Shown here: positions 19,201 through 29,100 of the stretch, in pieces
Layout: every line of letters starts with the position of its first letter
How positions within the stretch are numbered: position 1 is the stretch's first letter
Virus record (IMG/VR): IMGVR_UViG_3300030372_002956
Span: 1 to 42,894 of that record
Reading direction: 5' to 3' (one strand)
Source: a virus
Taxonomy: Duplodnaviria > Caudoviricetes
DNA: 42,894 bases
Notes under the pieces: model-generated
Told to the model about the DNA's origin: nothing
What the model saw: only the letters and a program-made list of their open reading frames with translations
The model's database searches: none
Translations under genes and position numbers: made by a program

Positions 19201-19428
19201 TGGATCATATTCGTAAGAAACATCTTCTGCTAAAGGAGATGTGCCTTCAAGTGGAGGTTTAACTACTTGCTTAACAACTTTATTGTTGTTAATTTTGTTC
19301 ATTAAATCGTTTACCGGATCAAATTTTTTCTCCTCTTCTTCTTTTTTTCGTAGAACCTCAGCTATAGCCTCTGGTGATTCACCATTAGCCTCCATTTGAT
19401 CGATAAGTAAAATAGATTCTTCAGACAT
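10258..19428 (-). CDS. 3056-aa putative ejection/internal virion polyvalent protein (zincin, HAD phosphatase, C-terminal Zn fingers)
   Basis: Third of three genes after the tail block; mostly helical; HEVLH at aa 1026; HAD motifs DFDDT / LTAR / K / FADD; two terminal CCCH units. Confidence 0.75.
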   Translation of the reverse strand: MSEESILLIDQMEANGESPEAIAEVLRKKEEEEKKFDPVNDLMNKINNNKVVKQVVKPPLEGTSPLAEDVSYEYDPEPYYTVEKTDGTKEKVYDPKSHYIKNTVNKTTGETTKAVVNSKDVPTSFVKKVKKDIKSRIDKDINSVSAKEFMDLFQTDKDDVGKIEEQINKEVNDYLDIENMDMPTTPSSTVLPKNVMDAEGNIREYTATDSRNAYDQEITNYKKLREDNQNSVFASYLRKADEAFEQNFQSPSEEGRIEFAKELYLRDEKAKFIKHGLTQWIEDNIDWGDTFVSGAKTFRDFKWILDKANISALPEEQRIFLDKLKDYYDEIGYKTTVDGKRVEPPKIVKTKQTLQIQEDFINLNKEDLILKGDEIKAKELDWKNKLDNSNEELEKYKDIPSVLNDLEDLQNQMQSFSELTDEEGRLDEENYNKYKVIYDEYQLLLNENKGNITSYQNAVTNHNQLIEQYNTPYIDTDGKEWKNELEYDYSNYNSILDKTNTMVRSYQLLNDDLLDQIEDSGDLDIFINSLSRDHSEVAQFTTYLKTKAVDLAMGVESAAFHVTKAPRRLILEPIWNNFLVENGYIDENGNINEVTQAVFETMENASPLFGVIPVDRNEVRTAINNFQEQRLKGVQERTTWDDAKGGSLYDWGEYIVGASADFIPQLAALVTAPQVGLVALSSSAAGMKFEEMLEKNKHGGSYSMWDMYIASGVTFGSEYLTERFVTLPLIEAAGGKDILRNGFRAGMRNLLNPKNILTGVGGAALESGSEVLATMGENFGMKLAGDKISIYKGIDEAAFNGLLMERIIKAPRVFKQVVYPFLPKSELSKLTDSAKKIREIESQLKNPNLAPETRKILKERIARIVADNTKVLTKAIDRIDEMTPEQRRLVFDTDIKFVETLELIRNIKEDGSISTEAKQNLIKEITDEYYKLEKQKNDMLDEINMRQDEEVSKKTTEKLQERGVKTGFNIAQTPQEFYEIYVRETGDTQTPSHVIRSKDGFFTPGGMWVSNRTRAKETGAISVASHEVLHSITESTFNGDARIVKDKQGNDVEVTITEEGVKLIKDFLGKLSSKERAVLDKRMDSGTERYIRDKDKNIIGEKAFEQYAQEYLTYYSDAIRLKQINPKKDVLNRIKEPFINLFKLRGYDNIEFKDGNSVRNFIIDYAADVKAGEVRESILAIAGPGGAKIGELKFSETEINDQAVLEDVNTINARQAEMDRIAKERGVKPIKDQRSIRLEANVIDAIKTPVNKIAETLTKALYDPIAIDARGGISRSDYRASLKSELNNMVIQEYNGDQGVEKFIINRGWKRAQSLARRLGIESTKEYGGKGIMKRSDALDNAYEAGEDVGINFEAAREKVQSMLDTGQITQRRADDLLAQLKEIENDKAGQEVETGKTRRILDIKENSTLYNEILEEVRNILGPINFDEVLTNKKTEKKFRQALEKAFLKTEFAKKVKKLIGTQKSDKFKKLLETKQNEIQALVGVKYATRFKGENALVESLGRLGVQESAETQTSLEGSFVMNEKGGNETWALKEMTPQQFQDIFIKGRETQYKSLVNAIINELGLDAVFHPGILPEGATKESAKLTEAIKRNPSVRFSETIEPEIQALANTEVETISNDVMSVLRLALTHGYKTPSFYQALQDEGIDQSTIVYLDTQNFEEYFEADVSGFKKPLQNLLRKGEFNEDVTDMLDIYFADVMNKTSAEAKQQLVDSMMELIDALEPEVVAALKPQMFGLTGSDRLLGGKNFKFPELRKKYDEKIKQKSSGKNLDFDPAKTHPLNANQGLMLKIQNILAQPFKTWQAKKDEVRRKYGKQIDEANNNNPKLLKHLAKTAHNIFMNKPGGVGILRWYEAATSNVLAQRAYTALPIIQYHAKSQAPYVGKNKDGDIIKYYAKKPTKKTKGKDVVVVEVNKEHPDYSIAEAIARNRANKTAKKKGYNKAWIEQEVKLIVGEHLRFKGEHIDPSANVMREIALLSLKIKSGENLNFDTEYDIITANFNQSLGVEAYSRLQDIKLGTTSELGDMRILSIEKDANINSFKTSDNAAIQITGYIKRVYADISVIQSVKESMKDLMIPNEQRLIEAKIISNAVKKARTVSFSETPKGITVLDFDDTLATTESLVRFTAPDGTTGTLNAEEYAATYQDLLGKGYKFDFSEFNKVVKGKLAPLFNKALKLQKKFGPKNMFVLTARPPAAQKAIFDFLKANGLNIPLKNITGLGNSTSEAKALWIAEKVGEGYNDFYFADDALQNVQAVQNMLDQFDVKSKVQQAKVKFSETMDGEFNSILEETTGMQSEKEFSAAKAKLRGKGKGRFDFFIPPSAEDFKGLLYRFLAKGKKGDLQMDWFKKALLDPFARGYRELNEAKQRMWNDYNALRKAMPDVRKKLTKKIEGQKDFRYSDAVRVYLWDKAGFEIPGLSKSDKAMLLEVVNNDQRLKDYAGVLGLISKRPEGYVEPSREWLVGNIMSDLEGANKVNRAEFLAEWIENKDIIFSEKNLNKIEAIYGANFREALEDMLYRMEKGTNRITGSNRLVNAFQNWINNSVGAIMFFNARSAVLQTLSTVNFINWGDNNIAKAAMAFANQKQFWKDFTFLFNSDMLKQRRKGLKTDVNTAELTEAVGRSKNPVMAALNYLLQKGFLPTQIADSFAISSGGATFYRNRVNTYLKEGLSQKEAETKAFEDFQEIAEETQQSSRPDLISQQQASTLGRLILAFQNTPMQYMRLTKKAISDLVNGRGDAKTNISRILYYGAVQNVIFFSLQSALFALAFDDDEDDEKRAKTEEKKMQRLYHGILDSILRGTGVGGAVVSTIKNMIVKIGEEEGKGWNQDFDNVVIEGLQLSPPIGSKVRKLRGAGKSWSYNRDVIKKMDTFDLDNPVWDAVGNVVSALTNAPMDRIVNKTKNIREALNDDNATWQRIALMLGWNRWDLNVKSDKIELVKTIVKEEKKQKAKEKREEKKKEEEALKQLEIDNTIKEEIKEEKETEKKGEKKKEYTCANVNSKGKRCSIVVPKAGMRCTIHEKVEQRVDGKKSQCKKVKDDGKRCKMQTSNKSGLCYYHD

Positions 19429-19429
19429 A

Positions 19430-20431
19430 TTATTTAGGTAAATTTCTGTAATATTCTAGTTTTTCTTCAGCAGACATACCAGTTGTAGGAGTGTCTATTT
19501 GTGGTTTTGTTTCTTCTGCGTTATCATAAGCCTCTGCTGTCATAAAAACATAAAAATCTTCTAATAATTTTTCCATTTGATTACTATTATGATGATTCCA
19601 CATACTAGGTAATAATGTATTTTTAATATTATTAGGGTCTTGTCCTGGGTTTTCAGCCATCCAGTTTTTAATATTATCAACTATATCTGGTTGCTCAAAA
19701 TAGTGATCCATAAAAGATCCATTAAAATCACCAACATTAATCATAGCATCGTAACCTACTGATTTTATAGCTTTAATACCACCGCTCTCTTTTAAAGAAT
19801 TTAACATTTGTTTAACCGTAGATCTAACAGATTGTGAATTAAATTCATTACCTTTTTCTTTTTGATTAATTCCTTCTTGCTGTACTATTTCGTTTAATCC
19901 TTCCTCAAGAGCTTTACCAACATTAGCCGGTGTTAACTTTGGTAAATTGTTAATAGCTATAAGATTTCCTCTAGGTCCCATTATAGTACTACCTTCAGGA
20001 TGAAGAGAAACAGATCTATCTAATTGTTCTGGTGAAAGAACTAAATCTTGAAGGAATTCAATATCATCAATATCTTCTTGTCTAGATATACCATCTACAT
20101 TGTCCCAATTTTTCGTTTTATAATCAGCTAAAAAATATAAATCATTTTTTATTTTTTCAAAACTTTGTTTTATAGTGTTCATGTTTTTAACACTAAGTTT
20201 ATACTCTGGTGAATTTATTTCTTTTTTAGCTTCTATAGCAGCCATGTTTTTAAACAATGTGCTACCTTCTATAAAAACACCCATATTGTCATCAGTTTGC
20301 ATTACTTGCGGAAATTCTTCCACATCAATCTTTTCTTGTGTACTTCTAACTTCTTTAGATAGTTCATTTTTTAAATTAAACTTTTTACCTCTTGCGTTTA
20401 ATACATTTAACACTGAATTAATTTTTTCCAT
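19430..20431 (-). CDS. Putative ejection/internal virion protein 2
   Basis: 333 aa, helical; position between the Gln-rich and the giant protein as in podovirus ejection gene trios. Confidence 0.5.
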   Translation of the reverse strand: MEKINSVLNVLNARGKKFNLKNELSKEVRSTQEKIDVEEFPQVMQTDDNMGVFIEGSTLFKNMAAIEAKKEINSPEYKLSVKNMNTIKQSFEKIKNDLYFLADYKTKNWDNVDGISRQEDIDDIEFLQDLVLSPEQLDRSVSLHPEGSTIMGPRGNLIAINNLPKLTPANVGKALEEGLNEIVQQEGINQKEKGNEFNSQSVRSTVKQMLNSLKESGGIKAIKSVGYDAMINVGDFNGSFMDHYFEQPDIVDNIKNWMAENPGQDPNNIKNTLLPSMWNHHNSNQMEKLLEDFYVFMTAEAYDNAEETKPQIDTPTTGMSAEEKLEYYRNLPK

Positions 20432-20435
20432 AATT

Positions 20436-21122
20436 TTAACTTATTATATTAGACCACGTTTGCGCTAAACGTTCTTTTCTATCAGCCTCTGTTTGTATTC
20501 TTGTTCCAAGTTCTTCTTGCGATATACCCATTAATGTTGCTTGTTGATCAAGTCCAAATTGTTGTTTATCAGCTTCACCTTGTAATCTCATTGCTTGAGC
20601 TTGAGCCGCTCCACCTAATATTTTTTCTTGTGCTGCGGCTTCCATTTGTTGAACACCAGCTGCTCCTTGAGCCGCGAGTTTTTGATTAGCAGCCTCTTGT
20701 TGGCCTATAGAAGCTGATGCTCTTGCAGAAGCTTGAGTAGCTTGATTAGCTAAAGCCTGTATATTACCAGCATTAAACCCTCCGCCTTGCGACATAGCAT
20801 CCAAAACATTAGCTTGTTGTTGTTGGGCCATTTGTTTTTCAAACTGAGCTTGTTGTTGATTAACCGTTAAATCTTCATAAGTATTTTCAAATTCAGTTTG
20901 CAAACCAGCCATTGGATTAGTAACATCTTGATAAACGTTAGTAAACTCTTGTTTTTTAAATGCATCTAATTGTTGATCATAATCTTTTTGTGCATCTTCA
21001 ATAGCTTGTTCATTTTCTTTTCTAGCCCTAGAGTGCCACCATTTTCTTACTGGACTTTTCTTTTGATTATCTCTACCTTTACTAGAGTGAACATGTCTTT
21101 CTTTTATTAAACCTACAGCCAT
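20436..21122 (-). CDS. Putative ejection (pilot) protein 1, Gln/Ala-rich
   Basis: EDLTVNQQQAQFEKQMAQQQQAN...IQALANQ...ASASIGQQEAANQ; composition typical of DNA-pilot proteins. Confidence 0.6.
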   Translation of the reverse strand: MAVGLIKERHVHSSKGRDNQKKSPVRKWWHSRARKENEQAIEDAQKDYDQQLDAFKKQEFTNVYQDVTNPMAGLQTEFENTYEDLTVNQQQAQFEKQMAQQQQANVLDAMSQGGGFNAGNIQALANQATQASARASASIGQQEAANQKLAAQGAAGVQQMEAAAQEKILGGAAQAQAMRLQGEADKQQFGLDQQATLMGISQEELGTRIQTEADRKERLAQTWSNIIS

Positions 21123-21142
21123 ATTTTTTGTTTTATTATTCT

Positions 21143-21167
21143 TATTTTGTTTATAATTACAGTTTTT
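21143..21167 (-). promoter_or_regulatory. Candidate phage-specific promoter, copy 1
   Basis: AAAAACTGTAATTATAAACAAAATAA in one of the few sizeable intergenic gaps, ahead of the ejection genes. Confidence 0.55.
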
Positions 21168-21183
21168 ACGCTTTTTTTACTTT

Positions 21184-22539
21184 TTAACTCTGAGTTAAGA
21201 AGTTATCTAAATCAAGCGTTAATGTTGTATTGCTAGTACCTATGTCTGTAATTGTACCAACAATTTTAATTTTAGCAACTCTACTACTACCTTTTATTGT
21301 TAGAGATGTATTATCTGGTAATGTCTGAGCATCGCTTAGAGTCATTACATTAGTACTCGTGTTAATAGCATCTACGTGTGGTCTACGTGTTGTAGTTGTA
21401 CATCCTGAACCAACAACACCTATACCGCTAACATAAGTTGTGCTACTAGCTATTATACCATCTGAACTATCAACCGTTACGTTAGCACTACCTGATACAG
21501 CCCCGTTAACAGCAGTTGTTACATCGTTTAACTCAACAGAAGCACTTTCAATAGTATATTTAGCACCAGTAGTAGTGCTTGAAGCATCTGATCCACCAAA
21601 CGTAAATGTTAACGTTCTTCCAGCTACAACGGTTTGTGTATTAGATAAAACAATCATTTGTTCTCCACTAACCGTTTTTATACTAGCAACTGCTGACGTG
21701 GCACTTTGTCCATCAGTACCTATATCAGTACCCGTGACAGCTGACCCAATTGGTATTTTTTCATTACTTGCAACCTTTATATCGGTGGAAGCATCAGCGT
21801 TTGTTTCTGATACCGTTGTTGTTTTTTGAATTTCAAAATCACTTTCAACTGGTTGTCTAGAAATTACCATTCCATTACCAGAACTCATAGTAACTGTCCA
21901 ATCAATTGAAAATCTTCCAGATTTATCTATTCTTCCACTATTAATAAAGTCACGCGGTTTAGTAACAGTAACATTACTAGGAAATGTAGCCCAATGACCA
22001 TTAGCTGATTTTAAAGAAAATGTCATTGTTAAATCTACCCATTGATATATTTTTTTACCAAAAATAGTTTGGGTTTTTGAGTTAACACCATCTAATCTAG
22101 CTTCTTCAGTTATCTTTTCAACATTGTTTATAGTATCACCTAATTTATCAATAGATACAACATAATTACAACTTGCTGATTGAGATGGAAAGCTTATAAA
22201 ACCAGTATCAACACCACTACTACCTATAGTTTTTTCTACAATTCCAGTTTCTGTTACAAAAGTATTAGTGTTAAAATTATAACGTTTATTATCAGTATTT
22301 CTTATTACGTTAATAAAATACCTAGCTCCTTCAGTCCCTCTAACAGTAAAATGTCTAGTGGTACCTTTAATAGGTATGTTTTCTGTTGATATACCGAAAC
22401 TATTTATAAATTTTGAACTAGAAATAACACCAGTATTATTTTTTAAAGTATCTACTAACACACGGGACGGACGTAAATCCATTATATCTACTTGTCTTTC
22501 TTGATCAAATTTAGGATTTTTAGATTTATATATTGACAT
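21184..22539 (-). CDS. Tail-associated structural protein
   Basis: 451 aa, Thr/Ser/Gly-rich beta sequence with two internal beta modules. Confidence 0.6.
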   Translation of the reverse strand: MSIYKSKNPKFDQERQVDIMDLRPSRVLVDTLKNNTGVISSSKFINSFGISTENIPIKGTTRHFTVRGTEGARYFINVIRNTDNKRYNFNTNTFVTETGIVEKTIGSSGVDTGFISFPSQSASCNYVVSIDKLGDTINNVEKITEEARLDGVNSKTQTIFGKKIYQWVDLTMTFSLKSANGHWATFPSNVTVTKPRDFINSGRIDKSGRFSIDWTVTMSSGNGMVISRQPVESDFEIQKTTTVSETNADASTDIKVASNEKIPIGSAVTGTDIGTDGQSATSAVASIKTVSGEQMIVLSNTQTVVAGRTLTFTFGGSDASSTTTGAKYTIESASVELNDVTTAVNGAVSGSANVTVDSSDGIIASSTTYVSGIGVVGSGCTTTTRRPHVDAINTSTNVMTLSDAQTLPDNTSLTIKGSSRVAKIKIVGTITDIGTSNTTLTLDLDNFLTQS

Positions 22540-22540
22540 A

Positions 22541-23146
22541 TTATTTACTGCTTTCTATTACGCCAGATGATATAGCAAACATCTCAGCTTTATTAGTAGA
22601 ATTATTAATTAATTTTATATCTGCATAATATCCTATTATACCAGATGTATTTGCAACCCTATCTTTAGCGAACATTATGAAATCACCAGGGTTTGGAGTC
22701 GGTATTGGGTTAACAGCGTTAAACACATGTATTTCAGTTGGAGTGGAGAAGTTAAAAGCAGTACCAAGTGGCGCTGGTATTGTTGTGGGTGGTGAAAGAG
22801 AAACAGTACCAATCTGTGAATTCCAAGCGGTTACTATTGTATTAGGTGCTAAAACTACCGAAGAAACTGACATACCAATTTGAATATCACTAGGTGATGG
22901 TAAAGGATTGTTAAACGTTAACACACTAATATTAGGAGAAACATAATTATTTGGTAATGTAGTAGAATATGTAATCGCTGGACCTCCAGGATTTATAATA
23001 TTTGTAACTTGTCCAATTTCAATCATATTAGGTTGCTGTGCTGTGTCAAAATTACCTATAGAGTTTGTTGGTACATAATAAACCGTATCACCTATTTGTA
23101 AAGATGTGTTTAATGGATTGTTAAACGTTATTGATATTGTTGGCAT
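22541..23146 (-). CDS. Tail-associated structural protein
   Basis: LNTSLQIGDTVYY...GDFIMFAKD...SGIIGYYADIKLIN; directly follows the nozzle gene. Confidence 0.6.
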   Translation of the reverse strand: MPTISITFNNPLNTSLQIGDTVYYVPTNSIGNFDTAQQPNMIEIGQVTNIINPGGPAITYSTTLPNNYVSPNISVLTFNNPLPSPSDIQIGMSVSSVVLAPNTIVTAWNSQIGTVSLSPPTTIPAPLGTAFNFSTPTEIHVFNAVNPIPTPNPGDFIMFAKDRVANTSGIIGYYADIKLINNSTNKAEMFAISSGVIESSK

Positions 23147-23174
23147 ATTTATTTATTTTAAATTAACTAAACAA

Positions 23175-26100
23175 CTAATAGGTACATGAACCATCATCAT
23201 AGTCTGCATCTGGATTATAGTTAGTAGCTGTGTTATCTGTACATCCATGAACTGGCACAAGAATATGTGAAGCACCAATTGTAGAGCCAGATCCAAACGC
23301 AGGATTTGGCTGGAAATTACCAGTTATAATACCATTCCAATTAGCTGGATAATTAGCGCTAGTCTGAACAGCCGCGTCAAAGAAAGCGTCTGCAAACATA
23401 TTACCACTTGTATTTGCGTTAGCTGAAGACACACATTTATATCTAACGCTTGGTCGATAAATACCCCAGCCTCCATTACATCCTTGCGCAGCGCTTGTTC
23501 CATTACTATCAACCATCGCGTGTGTGGAACTAATGTGACCTTGTTTTCTAGCAGTTATTCTAAAGTAACAATCATTAACATCACAGCTAAATATACCAGA
23601 TAAACCACCACTAAATTGTGTATTAAACGATGCGTCACTTAATTCTGCTGTTGTTTGTTGAGGCGTGTGCGATGGAGACTGATGTTTAGGTGGTGATGGG
23701 TATGGTGAAATACTTCCATAGCTAGTTCCCTGAAGATTAAAACTATCACCATACGCTGGTTGTGTTTTCCATTTAACCACCACTCTATTTATAGTAGAGT
23801 GATTACCTGCACCAGTACCATTAATTGAATCAGTAAACACCTGTCTATTCGCACCTACATGTGGATCATATACCTGATTAGAAAACTTTATAATATAATC
23901 AGCAGCAATACGAGCTGGTCCACTACCTTGACCACTTGGAGTCACAGTGTTACAATCAACTTGTAAATTTAAAGCGTACTGCGCTGGATCATTAGCGTCA
24001 CCAACATAACTTCTATAACCAGCAGCATTAACGCTGTAAGTTCCTGGAGTTTCAGCATAAGCAACGTGAGTACCTCCTGTTTGTGAGTTTTGCGCTTGGG
24101 TGTGATCCGGACAAGAAGGTGTTGAACAATTATTTTGACAATCAAGTAAAGTAGAGTACGCGCCTAAACCAGTACCTGGATCATTACAATTACCCATACC
24201 ATCACAATCAAAACTAGCTGGAGGTGGTGGTGGTTGTTGCGTAGAAACAGGGTTTGCAGAACCAGGGGTACTTGTATTAGTAGGACAAATTGTTCTATAT
24301 TCAAAATCATATGTTTTACCTGAAATAAAAACATGATTAATAACAGCGTTAGGCTGTAAAGGACCTTGCCATGCACTCCATGGAAGAGTAGTGTTTTGTT
24401 CTTTCCATCTTACCTCAATATAAACAGAAGCGCCAGCGTATGTACCAGGTGTATAACCAGTTACATGTATTGTGTTATGCATGTTTATATTTGGAGTAGC
24501 GCCAGTACCAGCTCCAAATTCTACTCCACTAGCAACAGGACAACTAAAATCACATGGAGTACAACCTGTCTGCGATGGATAAGTAGTTCCTGTAGGGTCT
24601 ATACAAGAAGCGGTTGCTGAACCATTATAATTATTAGCAAGATTATCCATACAACCATATAGTTGGGTGTCACAAAGATTAAGCATGTGAATCCAAGTAC
24701 CGCTATTTGTAACAGTAGGGTGTGGTGTGTTAGGTACTCCTTGATTTGGACCACCAAGTATCACACCGTTCCAAATATATTGATTATTAGCAGTTGATAA
24801 AGTACATGTTTCATATTCACAACTACCATCCTCGTAATCAGCAACTAAAGGTAATGCTACTGTAGGGTAGTTACTAGCATTTGGATCTGTACATCCAGGA
24901 ATAAGAGCTGTAGCATTTTGTAACTCACCACCAGTATACCATTGGTCATAAACAGAATCTGGTTGGCCCGTACCCCAAAATGATCTAGCACATCTTAATC
25001 TTAAAGCAAAATCATAAGTTGCTCCAGGAGCAAGATTATTAGCCCCAACTAAAACTGATTGTGGTAACGGTAGATCAACTAATGTATTTATTGTTGTTGT
25101 CCCATAATGTGTAACACAAGAATCAAGGAAAGTTTGATTTACCGAATCAAAAGCCCAAGCGGAGTGATTTCCAGTTGAAACACACGATTGTTCTCTATAA
25201 GCCCATTCAAGTTGGAAAGGAGCGTTAGAACTAGAACCAGTTGTTTGTGCAGTATGATTGTCGAATGTTAAATTTATACTTAAAACACCAGTGGTTGGGT
25301 TAACATTAGGTGTAAGAGAAACTTGATTAACATCAAATCCACCACCACCTGTATTGTCTAATGGTCCGCACATTACACAAGAACCATCATCTACAACAAC
25401 ATTTGGATCAGAGTTAGGAGCAAAACCAGGATGATGAGAATAACCACTAACACTCTCAGGACACCCACCATAATCACAACATAAATCATTAAGATTTGAA
25501 CCTGTACAAGCCGTACCATCAACCCAATTACCGCTCAACGTTGCGTTATAACTAGTTGTACAGTCGTTAGGATTAGTACATGCAACTGCTTGCTGTATTG
25601 GAGATAAGTATGTAGGATCTACCGTGTTAGTAGCTAATGGATCTATACAAGCAAAAAATGGATATACACAACTACCATCATCATTATTAGCGTTAGAATT
25701 ATAATTTAATGCATTTGGATCTGTACAACCATCAACAGGTGATTCACAACAACCACCAGTACCAGTACCAGGGCCAGTACAATTTACAATAATATTATCA
25801 CAGCCAACATTATTATTATCACATGGCGTATTAGCATTTGAATCGTAATTAATTGCATTTGAATCTGTACATCCATAAATATAAGGAATACATAAACCAT
25901 TATTTGTGTTAGCTGAAGCATCATAATTATACATTGTTGGATCAGTGCACCCTAATATTACAGGCATACAAGAACCATCATCAAAATCAGCATTTGGATC
26001 ATAGTTAAAAGCATTTGGATTAGTACAGCCTAAATAATAATAGCACGAACCGTCGTCTGATATAGCTTGCGCATCATAATTTATTGCTGCAATACAATCA

Positions 26101-29100
26101 ATACCTGGTGTACAACCAGAAGGAGTATTACTATCATAACCACACGTACTTGTGCTACAATTACCATCATCCATACATCCAGAGGCCGCTATCACAGTAA
26201 CTGTAGAAGCATCTGCAATTCCTTGAAAAGAAAATTGTGATGGATCTATATCGCTTATTGTGTTTGTTTGACTACCTTTTATATAGTTAAACCATTTACA
26301 TTCTTTATCTATAAATTCATTAACAGTACCATCTTCACAGTTAGTTTTTATTTTTTCAACATACCAACCTTTCTTTTGTTCTAAGTTATAGTATTGATTA
26401 TCAGTATATGTAACTCCATCAACAACACCGCTTACAAATGCATCTATTTTAGCTTGACTACCTTCATAATTTAATGTTTGGAAATTTTTAACTATTTCAG
26501 GATTAGAATTTAATAAAACATTTACTGTAGAAGGTGTAAATATTCCATAAAAAGTATTTCTTTCTACATTGTTTTCTATATGATGTTGATATAATAAACC
26601 GGTTTTTATAGTAAAATATTCTCCACTTAAACTTAAAGCGCTTTCTGGTATAAACGACTTAAAACTAGTCCAACCTTTTACTTTTTCATTAAAAGATACA
26701 GTATGATGTTTATCTCCTTCAACCCACATAGTTAAATTATAACTACCTCTTTTTATATCATAACTACCATATAACGTTGTTCTTATTTTTAGATTGTCAT
26801 TAAACCAATCATTCATACCATAATCAGATATAGGCGTTATACCATCTCTTGATAATCTAATAACTTTACCTCTTTGTCTATCTGTAAAATAAGCTCTATA
26901 AGCTTCAGAAGCAAAAGATTCTGGATCTTTTGATATACCGTATTCACCACTAAAAGGAATACTTTGTCCTAAAACTCTGTTAGTAGCAAGTAGTTGAGGA
27001 TTTTCATCAGCATTAAATACAGCATCTTTATTTGATAATACTTTTATAATTTTATCTTCACATAATGTTACCAAATCAGTATCTCTAGCATGTAATTTCT
27101 GTATGCTACCATATGAAGGATTTAAATCTTTAGTTATACCTTCGGCGGTTATAAATTGATTTAAATTATTTATACCTGTTTTAGCGTTGTATAAACCAGA
27201 AAATATTAAACTACTTTTTAAATGTTGTTCTTTATATTGATCTTCTCCAGGTCTAGAAACTTTAACACCATTACTTAATTGAAGAGCGTTAAAATCATCT
27301 CTTATTCTATCAGATTCAACGCCGTTTCCAAAAGAAATACAATTATACCAAGATAATCCTATTTTATTATTCCACACGACAGGTGAGAAAAAATAAATTA
27401 AACCTGCTAGTCCTGGCGCTTCATCATCCCAATATGCTCTTGTTTTTGTCCAATCTAATTCTAATTCAAAAGAAGAACCGTCAGGTAAATCTACAATATA
27501 TGTATCACCATTTAACAGTGGTTCAACTAAAATAGCTGATGTCGTTGATTCTCCAAGATGCCAACATCCCGGGGTGTAGTTTGGGTGACTAGCTATATAC
27601 ATAGAACCAATACACATTCCTTGGAACGCGAATTGCGCTGGTACTATATTAGCTGATTGACCACCAGCATTATAAGGTGCAGCTAGTTGTATTCTTACCC
27701 AACTTTCAGGATCAACTCCATCCCATTTCGTTAGGTAATCCGCTTTAAGTATTTTATGATAAGGATTTATAGGCGGAAGCATAATTGGACTATTTATTCT
27801 TCTTGTAAGTGTTGAGAGTACGTCAGGAGAGTTTGGATTTACAGGAAACGGTATTAATTCACTAACATTTTCATCCCCAAATATTACTCCTTTAAACTTT
27901 CTAGTCGCTTCATAATAAAGATCTAAACCTTCTTTTTGTTTAGGTTCTGTTTCCCATATAGTTGGATTGTCACTCATTTCTGAATCAAAACTTGCTGAAT
28001 CTATATAATCTTCTATAAAATCAATAACAAAATTACGACTTGTATTAATAGGTCCCATGTTACCAAGATTTTGACCTGATATATATGTGTAAAAATCACT
28101 ACCACCAACATCTACAGGTTCAATTTCAAGGGTAAAAGTTAATCTTCTATTATGATTTTTTCCAAAAGCGTTGCTTTGATTAGCAGATGTAAGTGCGCCA
28201 TCTACATTGCTATTTCCAAAATGTGTTTGAATAAGTGGATCTGTTGTAGTTGTATTTGTTGGGTTGTTCCAAGAAGCATTTGCTTCGTTTAAAGAAGTGT
28301 GATTATATCTTCTTTGTATACTCCAACTAACTATTTTATATTGTGTCTCATCACCATTAATAACAAATTTTTGATCTTGCTTTCTTAAAGCACTTATCAT
28401 TACCTGATGATCATCTAAGTTTTCTGCTTCTTCCCAAGCTTCTAACGTGTCTAAGTCATTAAAAAGTCTATCTATACCTAAAACAGAAAAAGATAATTCC
28501 ATGTATACTTTACTACCATCTGTATATATACCTCTACCGTAATTTTCTGGATAATTAGGATTACCAAAAGTTGTAGCATCATATTGAGTAAAACTAAACG
28601 CAGATGAAGGATTTGTATCGTTACCAGGTTGTGTGCCCGCGTAATAAGCATTATCAATAAACCATTCTCCTTCGTTGTTAGAACCAATAACACCTTCAGA
28701 ATTAGATGAAGATGCCCAATCTTGTATGTGTTGACTTGAACTACTAGTGTTACCAGTATAATGATTTACTAAACTCACTGTATTGTCAGGATTACCATCA
28801 CTATCAGCGTCAAGTGTTGCTGTGTTAGTTACCCAAGCTGGTTTGCTAGTTGAAATTCTTGTTCCTTGAAAATCAGAACTATTAGGAGCATCACCATCAG
28901 CAACCCAGTGGAGTTGAGCACTTTTATTAACTATATAGTTTGATAAAGTAGGTTTTATCAATGTTGTTATGTGCGTATCGATTATACTATCTCTAATTAT
29001 TTTAACAAAGAACCTACCATCAAACTCTGGTTTGTTATCTACTTTTTTAACATATATTTTTATACCAGCATCTGGATCGTTAACACCAGCTGATGTTTCT

